This document shows, one piece after another, positions 35,894 to 47,199 of a DNA stretch of 64,000 bases. The notes beneath the pieces are model-generated. The model did no database searches, was not told the DNA's origin, and was given only the letters and a program-made list of their open reading frames with translations. How positions within the stretch are numbered: the first letter of the stretch is position 1; each line of letters opens with the position of its first letter. The position numbers and the translations under genes are program-made. Origin of the DNA: Mustelus asterias (lineage: Eukaryota); assembly GCF_964213995.1 (NCBI RefSeq), contig NC_135821.1, positions 56,730,001-56,794,000 on the forward strand. The letters run 5' to 3'.

Positions 35894-36781
35894 CTGTCTG
35901 TGTTAAGTGGATTGATCTGTCCCTCGATCTGCTTCGATTTCTTCTGTGAGATGGTGGTGGGGTTCTGCGTGATGGTGGTGGGGTTCTGCGTGCAAAGCCA
36001 TAGTAACTTCGCCGAGGTCTGGATGGAGATCTAGACAATGATCTTGAGCGGGATCTCCTGTATCTCAAGCTGGATCTGGACCTTTGGTATGATCTAGAAG
36101 AGGGTATGTAGCACCTAGATCTGGACCTGTATCTATGCGTCGAATTAGACATCCGATGTCTGGATTGTTGGTAACAAGACCTTGACCAACTTCTAGATCG
36201 GGACCTCGAATAGGTTTGCCTTGATCTTCTGTAGCTCCTCTTCAGTGATGCATATCTGCCTCTTGAAGCTAAAGAGATTTCATCTGAACTTGAACCATAT
36301 CGCTCTGAAGAGACTGAACCTGATCGGGATCTGCCTGCAGAGGACACGGAACGTGAACGAGAGCTTCCTGAAGATGATATCGATCGGGAGAGACCTGAAG
36401 ACGATGTTGAACTTGACCGCGAGCTGCCTGAAGAACATGCTGAACTTGACCGCGAGCTGCCTGAAGAACATGCTGAACTTGATCGGGAGCTATCTGAAGA
36501 TGATATCGAACCTGACCGGGAACTGCCTGAAGATGACTCTGAACTCAATCGCGAGATTTTAGATTTCTTGATGCTAACTGTTCTTGAACGTGATTTTCTC
36601 TCCTCCTTTCCAGTCTTCTGACAAGGAGAACAAAGTCTCAGTTTGTCCACAACAGCAGCTTCATTTTCAGTCTCCTGCTCCTGTGCACATCCAGCTGTTC
36701 CCAACTCCATTTCAATGTCTTGCTCCATTTCTGAATCTGATTTCAGAACATTATCGTATCCTTGTTGCAAATTTGTTTTAT
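35894..36781 (-). CDS. RSRP1: RSRP1 large Ser/Arg-rich exon
   Basis: Open RS-rich frame; tttcag acceptor, gtaaaa donor; 888 nt, phase 1-1. Confidence 0.9.
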
Positions 36782-37834
36782 CTGAAAGATAAATAATCAC
36801 ATTCACATGGCCGTGAACACAAACCTCCATTGAAAACATGAATCTAATCTTGTGTATGGTGCAATAACTGAATTTCAACTGTTATTGCTATTTTCCATTT
36901 TTTTTACACAAAGCTGCAGTCAGTGGTTTAATACTAACCAAACATCATATTAGAGAACCTTAAAACACTTGAGGTTATCCGTCCATCATGATTGTGCTGG
37001 CTCCTCGAAGGAGTTATTTGATTAGTTCCATTTCATGACTCTTTCCCCATAGCTTTGCACACTTTTCATTTTCAAGTACTGCCACAAGAAACAGTTACTT
37101 GACTTGCACTACAAATTTTCAGCACCCTCAACTTTCTCTGTGCCAAGCAGAACAATTGCAGCTTCTCCTGTCTCTCCATTTAACTCACCCCTCATCTATC
37201 AGCAATGAGAGAATTTTAGATCAACTAAGACCCATTTTCATGGATTTGTCTTGCCTGTTGTCGATCTTAACAGGGCCAGTAAATACACTTCAACAGGTGC
37301 AACATGTTTTCATAGTATGTAATGCTACTACAGTACAACATTGCAAAGATGCACTTACTATTCATAGGTGTAAATACTGATGACATGAAACATCAGACGT
37401 TTTAACACTGACCAGCATTAGTAAGTCAGCACTATTTCTGCTATGCATTCACCAAGGAACATTAGCCGCACAATTATTTTGGAAGTGTATTACTTTTCGA
37501 GCACTCAATCAGAAAAATAGCACAAAAGTTCAAGTCACAAACATGTTACCTATTAGAAGCATTAAAAGAATGGTAGATTCTTGAATATCTCACTGCAGCC
37601 CCAAAGAGACACCAGAATGTCTGTGACACTTTTAGGAATACTTAAAATATTTATCCACAACACAAACTCTTACCACAACAAGACCATGCTAATCATTACA
37701 GATCCTCTGATGTGTAAAATGTGCCGCAGTCCAAACACCAAGTACAGATTCTCTTGCGGGCCTCAGGGATTGGCGGAACCACTGATTTTCAAATATAACT
37801 GAAAACAGAAAAATCTAAAAAGAATTAAACTTAC

Positions 37835-37887
37835 CATTGCTAGATTTCTCTCCCATCATTTCGCAGGAGAAACCAACTGAATTTAGC
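37835..37887 (-). CDS. RSRP1: RSRP1 exon 2 (…LNSVGFSCEMMGEKSSN)
   Basis: aacag acceptor, gtaagt donor; phase fits both neighbours; in-frame ATG at 37859. Confidence 0.75.
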
Positions 37888-38859
37888 CTGTTAACACAAA
37901 AAAAATACAAATTTGCAAGTGAGGTTTGGGCAGTTCAGTTTCAAACTATAAGTAATTGCATTGCATTTATAGCAATTAGGAACAAAAAGGTTTTAACACC
38001 AACAGCCTCCATAAACTTCCAGTTCAATTAAAATGAAAAAGTTCCAACCAAACTGAACCAAGTCCTGCTCACACATTACTATTGTTCTCATTGACCTACT
38101 CGCTCTGTGGAAACCTCAAAACTAAAAATGATTTTTAAATTTAAAACCCATTATGGCCTCACCCCATTCCTTCTCTAACCTATTCTACCCCTAAAACACA
38201 CCCTTCAACACATTTTCCTCTGGTTCTGTACACATGGTGCACCCTTCCCTCCTTTTGCCTCGCACATTCAACCATCTAAGCTCTGCATTCCCAAAATCCC
38301 TCAAACGCCTCCTCTCTATCTGACAGTTTGTGATTACCCTGCATATCTTCCGTTAATTTTTGATTACAGCTATGTTAAATGAGTTATATAAAGGGAAGGT
38401 GTTATTATATTGCAGCTTTCATACAATATTTGACAAACATAAAAAAGGAATCAAAGTCAAATAGTGTGCATTTTATTCAGCTACATCAGTGTCACCAGTG
38501 AGTCAATGGCTTTATAGAACTCTACTGCTTGAGAATTGGCCAGAGGGTGGGACTGAGAATGAGGCTGCTGATCCGTGATGAGCCAGCAGCTCAATATAAA
38601 CATCCTTATCCTGTAGAAATAATCTCTCCGTGAAAATTATTACTGTTGTTGACAATGTAATTTGAAGAATATGTGCAACAGGTTAAACTCTCTGCATTTC
38701 ATTTTATGTTATCAACTTGTTTGCATTATGACAATCTAAAAAATGAAACTCCAATAGGCACGTACGCCTTGACATTGACCCCACTCTATCCTGACAATCC
38801 AACCCAATGACTCAGACCCATCACCTGACAACCCAACCCATTGACTCAGACCTTAGCAC

Positions 38860-39625
38860 ACGTCAACCCACCCACTGACTTTAGCCCCTTCGCTCCCAAC
38901 ATTCAAACCCACTGACTTTAACCCCTTCACGCCAATCAAATCCACTGACTTTAACCCCTTCGCTCCCATCAAACCCACTGACTGTAATCCCTTCGCACCC
39001 AATCAAACCCACTGACTGTAATACCTTCACACCCAACAATTAAACCCACTGACTTTAACCCCTTCGCGCCCAGTTAAACCCACTGGTTTTAACCCCTTCG
39101 TGCCCAATCAAACCCACTGACTTTAACCCCTTCACGCCCAATCAAACCCACTGACTTTAACCCTTTCGCGCCAATCAAACCCATTGACTTTAATCCCTTC
39201 GCTCCCAACAATCAATCAATCAAACCCACTGACTTTAACCCCCATCTCCCAACAATCAGCACTGTGGCACAGTGGTGAGCACTGCTGCCTCACAGCACCA
39301 GGGACCCTGGTTCAATTCCAGCTTTGGGTGACTGCGTGGCTTTCCTCCAGGTGCTCCACTTTCCTCGCACTGTCCAAAGATGTGTGGGTTAGGTTGATTG
39401 GCTGTGATAAATTGCTCTTTAGTATCAAGGGGACTAGCAGAGTAAACACTTGGGGTTGTGGAGATAGGACCTGGGTGGGATTGTTGTCAGTGCAGACTCA
39501 ATGGGCTGCGAATGGCCTCCTTCTGCACAGTAGGAATTCTATGATTCTATGAGTCAAACCCAATGACTTTAACGCCTTCACCCCCAACAATCAAACTTAG
39601 ACTATAATCCCTTTGCTCCCAACAT
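38860..39625. repeat. Degenerate ~33-bp minisatellite (aatcaaacccactgactttaaccccttcgcgccc), split by a SINE
   Basis: About 11 units before and 2 after the SINE. Confidence 0.9.
39258..39551 (+). mobile_element. HE1-type V-SINE (internal deletion)
   Basis: Head and attctatgattctatg tail. Confidence 0.85.
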
Positions 39626-39664
39626 CTTGTCTCAGACTCACTTTCTCCCCTAATGCCCCAGCAC

Positions 39665-39889
39665 CTTGTTGTAACCCTGATCCCAGCCCCTTGTTGTAAC
39701 CCTGATCCCAGCCCCTTGTTGTAACCCTGATCCCAGCCCCTTGTTGTAACCCTGATCCCAGCCCCTTGTTGTAACCCTGATCCCAGCCCCTTGTTGTAAC
39801 CCTGATCCCAGCCCCTTGTTGTAACCCTGATCCCAGCCCCTTGTTGTAACCCTGATCCCAGCCCCTTCTTGTAACCCTGATCCCAGCCC
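39665..39889. repeat. Near-perfect 25-bp tandem repeat x9 (cttgttgtaaccctgatcccagccc)
   Basis: Directly visible; one substitution in the last unit. Confidence 0.97.
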
Positions 39890-40042
39890 AATCTCCATCG
39901 CCTTCCTGTCAAAAGTGCGTCATCACCCAAGGGCAAGACTTTAAACTATTTGATAAAAATCAGATCGCCTGCCCCCCCGAAATGCTTTTCAAATTTCAAA
40001 TAATTTTAGTAACCCGAGTCCTTTCCGTCCTACAATACTCAC

Positions 40043-40116
40043 CGATTACACTGGCTGGCTTGGTTGGGTAGCGAGTTTGAGTGGCCGCCACTCTGATCAC
40101 CGCCAGTTATCACCAT
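40043..40116 (-). CDS. RSRP1: RSRP1 exon 1, candidate coding part (MVITGGDQ...QCN)
   Basis: aagATGg context, gtgagt donor; 74 nt splices in frame to exon 2. Confidence 0.55.
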
Positions 40117-40124
40117 CTTCTGAG

Positions 40125-40400
40125 TGAAAGTGACGCAATCGATTCGCTCCTTTTATAACCTGACCCCGGAAAGAGCCCGCCTCTACCTCTCTATCATTGG
40201 CCGCCCGCTTCCCCAAATCCCTATTCTTATTGGATTACCTGGATGCCACCCGTAACGTTGGCCAATAGGACACGGCGGACCTCGGCTGCACCGCTTCCTA
40301 TTGGTCAAGCAAGCTGTCAGTCACCGCCTGGGCTCGGCGGCCGCCGCCAACTCGACGCCCCATTGGTGCAGCCGTTTGTCAATCAACCAACAACTGCCGG
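40125..40400 (-). promoter_or_regulatory. RSRP1 CpG-rich promoter
   Basis: TATAAAA 40157-40151; CCAAT/ATTGG at 40196, 40229, 40262, 40300, 40362; CCGGAA and TGACGCA motifs. Confidence 0.85.
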
Positions 40401-40685
40401 CAACCTGCGATTGAAGGCTTTGTCAAGTGAAGCTTCTGGAACCTTATCTCAGTTTTACACTCTGAAACCTGAGGAGTTTCTTCATTGTTTTTTTTCAGCA
40501 CTTGCTATTGTCTCCCTGCCTCTCGAAACACGACGATGAGAGGTTACAGGGTTACACCAGGTTATAGTCCAACAGGTTTATTTGAAATCACAAGCTTTCG
40601 GAGGGCTGCTCCTTCCAGTGGCGGATTTACTACCACCCGGACCCCTAGGTTGAGTTTTAGTGAGGCCCCCTGACCTTGTCCCCTG

Positions 40686-40784
40686 CAGTAAGAAGTCTAA
40701 CAACACCAGGTTAAAGTCCAACAGGTTCATTTGGTAGCAAAAGCCACTAGCTTTCGGAGCGCTGTCCCTTCTTCAGGTGGGTGG
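40686..40784 (-). mobile_element. Penelope-like arm with intact hammerhead core, nested in the hAT element
   Basis: Minus 40779-40745: cac CUGAAGA a gggac agc gcucc GAAA GCU A gug. Confidence 0.82.
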
Positions 40785-40937
40785 GCCCCCTGCCCCACCC
40801 TTCGTTGAATAGAATAAAGTGACGTTAAGTGACGTTAGATAACTTATATCGTTGTATTATGTATAATGTGCTACATGTATAATATCATAAATTTATATGA
40901 ATCAATTACAGCCCTTTTCATTTATTTTTCATTTTCT

Positions 40938-41138
40938 TTACATTTGTACTTTAAAAAGCTTCCGTGTTTTTTGCTTTACAAAAGTGTCGATAACAGCATG
41001 TAAATCAACAGATCGAAGCATGTCTGATTCAATGTGCATGAGTGCCAGATGACTAAGTTTCTCATAGCTCATTGTTGAGCGCAAATAGATTTTGATCCTC
41101 TTTAGTGCCGAAAATGAACGCTCACCTGAACAGTTGGT
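40938..41138 (-). pseudogene. hAT transposase C-terminal dimerisation-domain fragment
   Basis: Manual translation TNCSGERSFSALKRIKIYLRSTMSYEKLSHLALMHIESDMLRSVDLHAVIDTFVKQKTRKLFKVQM*. Confidence 0.9.
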
Positions 41139-41587
41139 GATTTTTTTTGCTCTCGGGGGCCCCCCTCCCTTCCGGGCCCCTAGGCTTAAGTCTATTCAGC
41201 CTAATGGTTAATCCGCCACTGGCTCCTTCATGAAGTGGAGCGAGGTCTGCAGGCACAGAATATATAGGTGGAGTCCGCTTATATATATTCAGACAAAGGA
41301 GTAGCGCTGGGAAAGCTTGTGTCGTGTGACCTCTCATCAAAACACAATGATCATCCATCTCCACTAACCCCCCCCCCCCACAAAAAAAAACCCAACCTCA
41401 TCCCTTCTGCTGGATCATTAAAGTTTATTTATTCGTGTCTCAAGTAGGCTTACACTATCACTGCAATGAAGTTTCTGTGAAAATCCCCCAGTCACCACAC
41501 TCTGGTGCCTCTTTGAGTACACTGAGGGAGAATTTAGCATAGCCACTGCACCTACCATTTACCTTATTGGGTTCCTACATGTCACTG

Positions 41588-41870
41588 AACATAGAAATAC
41601 AGAAAATAGAAGCAGGAGTAGGCCTTTTGGCCCTTCGAGCCTGCTCCACCATTCATTTTGATCATGGATGATCATCAAATTCAATATCTTGACCCTGCCT
41701 CACCACCCACTGCCCCCCCCCCCCGCCTTAATCCCTTTAGCCCTAAGATCTATATCTAATTTCTCCTTGAAATCACACTATGTTTTGGCCTCAACTGTTT
41801 CCTATGGTAATGAATTCCACAAATTCACCACTTACTGGGTGAAGAAATTTCTCCTCACCTTAGTCCTAAA
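41588..41870 (-). mobile_element. CR1 3' fragment
   Basis: gaggagaaatttcttcacccag...gtggtgaatttgtggaatt on minus; ttctatgttc tail. Confidence 0.8.
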
Positions 41871-42392
41871 CAATTATACTACTCCCTTAATGTGGCGAGA
41901 AAAAATCCTTATTCATGCAATTACTAAAGATTGCTTTGCAGTGGGCAATATAAAATTAGCTGATAAAATGATTGTAATAAATAACAGAGGAGTGAGCATT
42001 GCTCCCACTCTGCCCTATTGGACTCCAGAAACAGTCATTAAGACAATGTCATAAACCATAAAGTGATATGCTGTCCCCAGAATCCATGTTTAAAGTTGAG
42101 CCAGAACTCAAACTCATGTCCCAGGCACATTCCACTCTCTGCCACTGGAACCAAGTACCTACAATTCAGTCTCCATTAAATATTAGAGGCGTGTGGTGTT
42201 TATTTTTTGTAAACAATATAAAGAGTGGGGCCTTTTTCTTATGGCAATGAGCCTGCAGAAAATTGAAATGACCCTCCTGAGTGTGCTTATTGTTATGTTG
42301 CCAATCAGTAAACAGAAAGTGTTGGAAATGCTAAGTAGGTCTGGCAGGATCAGTGGAGAGAGCTAACTGAATCAAATGTGAATCTTCTTCTA

Positions 42393-42668
42393 TTCATAGA
42401 TTCCCTATAGCGTGGAAGGAGGCCATTTGGTCCATTGAGTTTGCACTGACTCTCTGACAGAGGATCTATTCCCTGGGACATTATGGGGTGATTTAGCATG
42501 GCCAACCCACCTAACCCGCATATCTTTGGACTGTGGGAGGAAACTGGAAACCCACGCCGACAGGGTAAAATGTGCAAACTCCACAGAGATAGTCACCCGA
42601 GGCTGAAATTGAACCTGGGGTCCCTGGCACTGTGAGGCAGCAGTGCTAACTGCCGTGCCACCGTGTCG
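42393..42668 (-). mobile_element. HE1-type V-SINE
   Basis: Head and tail recognisable. Confidence 0.88.
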
Positions 42669-42739
42669 CTCACCTGAATCAGGATCCACAATATTTTGGT
42701 CATTTTGTATTGTAATGTGTCCCGTATAGGCATATATAG

Positions 42740-43228
42740 GGAGGCGATGGCCTTGTGATATTATCGCCAGACTATTAATCCAGAAACTCAGCTAATGGTC
42801 TGGGGTCCCGGGTTCGAATCCCGCCACGGCAGATGGTGGAATTTGACTTCAATAAAAAATATCTGGAATTAAAAGTCTAATGATGACCATGAAATCATTG
42901 TCGATTGTCGGGAAAAAAACCCATCTGGTTCACTAATGTCCTTTAGAGAAGGAAATCTGCCATCCTTACCTGGTCTGGCCTACATGTGACTCCAAAGCCA
43001 CAGACTCTCAACTGCCCTCGGGCAACTAGAGACGGGCAAGTAAATGCTGATGTGGAGATGCCGGCGTTGGACTGGGGTAAACACAGTAAGAAGTCTAACA
43101 ACACCAGGTTAAAGTCCAACAGGTTACCAAATAAACCTGTTGGACTTTAACCTGGTGTTGTTAGACTTCTTACCAAGTAAATGCTGGCCAGCCAGCGATG
43201 CCCATATCCCACAAGTGAATGAAAAAAA
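42740..43228 (+). mobile_element. tRNA-headed SINE (second family) containing a Penelope-like insert
   Basis: B box GGTTCGAATCC; tail aaatgctggccagccagcgatgcccatatccc resembles the LINE end at 53260-53320. Confidence 0.8.
43048..43173. mobile_element. Palindromic Penelope-like mini-element (shortest copy)
   Basis: Inverted arms + tail; TSD caagtaaatgc at 43037-43047 and 43174-43184. Confidence 0.82.
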
Positions 43229-43514
43229 TAATTTTCATCAGATCCACTCAGGCTTCCTGACTGGCTGAGGGCCCTGTGGATTTGTACAGCTTTCAATGAA
43301 CACTCTTGTCCATGCACTGTCATCATAGTCTCTCCACCTGTCTCTGGTCCATGTCTTTGCTGCAGGTGGTGCAGGGAGAGGTGGGGAGTGGAGTTGCAGT
43401 GCCGCTAGGCCGAGTGAGGTGGCGCTGGCGGCTCCCCCCGCCCGGGAGGACTGGCTCCCCGCTCCCATTTTCCAGGGACACACACTGTCAGCCGGCCTGG
43501 CTTCGCCGTCTCTA

Positions 43515-43670
43515 ATGCAATACGTTCCCCCGCAGAGTATTCTGCCGCACCCGCCTCACACCATACACCCGCACTTCGGCTATGTGATCCTGGTGTTCAT
43601 CTACAGCTGGGTCATGCTGGCTTACCTGGCTCTCAAGGTGGGCATTGCCAGGAAGAAGTACAATGTCAAG
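43515..43670 (+). CDS. MGST3: MGST3-family first conserved coding exon (HFGYVILVFIYSW...ARKKYNVK)
   Basis: MAPEG TM1 and ARKKY motif; gtaagg donor. 5' boundary ambiguous (ATG 43515 or acceptor 43535). Resembles fish mgst3b. Confidence 0.88.
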
Positions 43671-46299
43671 GTAAGGGGGACAGGGAGAGGAAACGCCCTC
43701 CACCACCAGCAAAGGCCTCCCTCCTCTTCAGTCACCAGCATCAGACCCTCATCATTATTCTGTGTGACTCCAATCCAGATGACAGCTTCCACACTTCCTG
43801 ACCATCCTCCCCAGGTTTAAGCCACCTCACTTTGTTTTTATTTCATTCCCTGCTGAGGCCTTTTCTTAATGAACACTTTCTGCTGAGTTATTATTTGAAG
43901 CAAACAAACAATGGATATGGGTTTGCCTGGCCCATTCTGGGCATTGCCTTTGTAACTTTAAGGATGGAATAAAACATTTTCTTAAAAATCACTACAGCAC
44001 ATAGGTAGGCTATTTGGCACATCCTGCTCTCTGTTGGGCAATCCAGTCGGTCCCATATCCCTTTAACCTTATGTTTATTTCCCTCAAATGCCCATCCAAT
44101 TTCTATTTGAAATAATTGATGGGTCTCTGTTTCCACTGCTCTTGTAGGCACAGAGTTCGAGGTCATTACCTCTCTCTCTATAAAAAACTTTATTCCTCAC
44201 ATCAGCCCGCCCCTCCTGTATCTCTTCCCCAAAACCATAAATTTGCCCTTTAGCCCTTGTACTATCAGTAATGGGAATAATTTTGATTTGTCTGCCTTAT
44301 AAAAACTGCCACAATCTTATACAGTGCACCTCTGCCATATCTCCCCTCATCCAGTTACAGCCAGAAAAAAAAACTTGAGGAAGAAACATTGGCAAACCTA
44401 TTTTGTGACAATTTGTGACAATGGTTGATTTCAAAATAATTCAGAAAACCATATTACTAGCGCTTCATTGGAAAATAATCACTGTGCGGGTAAAGGGTCA
44501 GTGGAAGAGGATTGGAACCCTGTTAGCTAACTATCATTCTGAACAAAGAAAATAGGTGAAATTAGGTGATCAGGAAAATTAAGATGAAGAAACCCACTCT
44601 CTAATTGTCACAGACACTTGAATATATAATTATTGATAGCACGGCAGCTTACTGCCAAGAAAACAATCCATAATCAGCCACTGTGCCTTCTGGATGGTGG
44701 ACAATTTTTGGGGTGTAAGGAAGTGAGTTAATTGCTACTGATAAGCAGCCTTCGATCTCCTCTTGTAGACATGGTATTTATACGGAATCATAGAATCATA
44801 CAGCGCAGAAGAGGCCCATCGAGTCCACACGGACACATTAGAAACACCTGAACTCCCACCTAATCCCCAAACTTGGCCCATAGCCTTGAATGTTATGATG
44901 TGCCAAGTGTTCATCCAGATACTTTTTGAAGGATGTGGCTGGTATAACTACGATTATGGTCAATGGTGACCTCTAAGATTCTGATGGTGGGGGATTCGGC
45001 AATGGTAATTGTTTAATGTTGATGGAAAGTGGTTAAACTCTCTCTTGTTGGAAGTGGTAATTGCCTGGGACTGCAAGTTCCCCTCCTGGCCACATGCCGT
45101 CCTGATTTGGAGGTGTATAGTTGTTTCTTCACTGTCAAAATCCAAGAATGCTTCTTAACAGCACTATACCACATGGACTGTAACAATTCAAGAAGATAGC
45201 CCCTTGCCACCTTCCCAGGAGCAGTTAGAGGATGGAATACATTGTCAAGGATTTGCCTAGCAACAACTGTAAGGGAAATTTAAAAAGACCTGAAAGATAA
45301 AAATCTGCCTTGCAACAGTAACAGCCAGTATTTCCAGAGGCAGACAAACTCTAAAAGTGATCAGGGTATTTCAAAAGGCATCTAAAAATGATCAGAATTG
45401 CTCTAGGAGTAGAAACAGATTACTTAGATGACTGCTGTAGAAATGTTAAGTTTACTTAAAGTGACGGCTGATTTCAGGGCTATAGCAATGCTAAGCTCCA
45501 CAAATGGAAAGAATTTGAGATAGGTAGACAGCCAACTCTTGAGTTTGAAATAACAAAAGGTGAATCAGTATAACTGTTACCCCCCTCAGAAGCAGACAGG
45601 TCAGTCCGCAACTCACAGCCAAGAGGCTAGGACCAATTTCACAACCAAGAGGTCCTGTAACTTCTCAGAGATGCTCTCGTGTTGCATCTAAGTCTTCTAA
45701 CCAGGAAAACCTTCGTAAAGTTCAAATATCTTCGCTGGACCAGGAAAAGACGTTTCCCAGACTTGATCATCAGCCCTGTATTGTGTGGTAACTGTAAGCT
45801 GAATTTGACTTACAAATTTATTTGATTTGGATGTTGTTTGGGAAAGAGAAATCTTAGTGATTTCAAGGATCATAGATATATTTTGGAACAAAGGGCAATT
45901 TCTACATAAACTGTGTGTATGTTACTCACGTACTTATGTGTCTTAAAGTATTGTAGTCCTTTTGTTGTGTATTTTTATTTTCTTTTAAGTTAATAAATAT
46001 TCTTCAATAATTGTTATACGACAACTGGACTGGTTCTTCACTGAGTTTTATATGACTAATCACAATATTCAGAAAAAATCTATACAACACCACAAACCTG
46101 TGTTTCAAGTTGGGACACCCTCGCCGATAACATGAGAGTTGTTCATGACAATGTATGCTAGCCTTGCCAGTGACACTCACATCCCAGGAATTAATATTTA
46201 AGAAAAATGTTTCTTGGCAATTAACAGTCCAAGCCTCAAAGTCGACTGGGTCTTTCTGCACATGAGCACAGACTACTTCATTGGCTGAGAAGTTGCAAA

Positions 46300-46790
46300 T
46301 GAAACGGAATACAGCAATCATCAGTGAACATCTCTATATTTAGCTTATGATGTACAGAATGTCAGTGATGAAACAGCTGAAGATGGTTGGGCTTAAGACA
46401 CTGTCCTGAGGAACCTCTGCAGTAATATTTTGAGCTGAGATGATTGACCTCCAACAACCACAAACATCTTCCTTTGTGCTAGGTATGACCTCGGCGAGTG
46501 GGGATTTTGCCCTGATTCCCATTGACTTCAATTTTATGAAGACTCCTGGGTGCCACAATTTTCAAATGATACCTTGATGTCAAGGGCAGTCACTCTCACC
46601 TCACCTTCGGAATTCAGTTCTCCTGTCCATGGTTAGAACCAGGCTGTGAGGTCTGGAGCTGAGTGATCCTGGCAGAATGCAAACTGAATGTCAGTGAGCA
46701 TATGATCGGTAAGTTCTGCTTGATAGCACAGTGGATGACACTGTGCATCATTTTCTGATGATTAGGATCAGACTCATGAGGTGGCAATTG
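46300..46790 (-). mobile_element. LINE RT fragment (CR1/L2 group, distinct family)
   Basis: ITAEVPQDSVLSPTIFSCFITDI. Confidence 0.75.
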
Positions 46791-47199
46791 GCCAGATTAG
46801 ATTTGTTCTACCTTTTGGACATTCATGGATTGTAAACTCATGAAGCCTCCTCCTCCTGTTAGTGTTGTAATGTGGCTTCTTTAAGGGGATGTTCACTGAG
46901 GGCCATGTGATCGGGCCGGACACTATGGAATGGCAAATCAGGAAGACAATCAGGTACAAGGGCGTGTATCCCAGGTTGGGGAGGATCCGCAGTTGGAGCT
47001 AGGGAGGAGTGTTGTATAGTTAATTCTGTCTGACCCTTAAATGTGCTGACCAAGGCAAAAGCGGGTTGCAAGACGTGCCAAGTAAGATAAACCATTTGTG
47101 CCAGGAAACAGCTGTTGTGAAGAATAGCCTGAGTATGGGTGCACCAGAGCTTAAAAAAGGAATACAGCATTAAGGGCAGAAGCTTGTCTTTGATGTGGG

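Larger units (their letters stand above)
40616..41221 (-). mobile_element. Non-autonomous hAT transposon (Tip100/Zaphod-like)
   Basis: TIR cagtggcggatt / aatccgccactg; 8-bp TSD gctccttc (40608-40615, 41222-41229). Confidence 0.92.
40550..41270 (-). mobile_element. Penelope-like element split by a hAT insertion
   Basis: caccaggttatagtccaacaggtttattt...caagctttcggagggctgctccttc | resumes gctccttcatgaagtgg at 41222. Confidence 0.7.

Noticed and set aside
35883-36878. Single-exon 331-aa gene or SON
   Set aside because: It is one internal exon; downstream IAFS/VAKP/SPYGxW exons and no G-patch indicate RSRP1.
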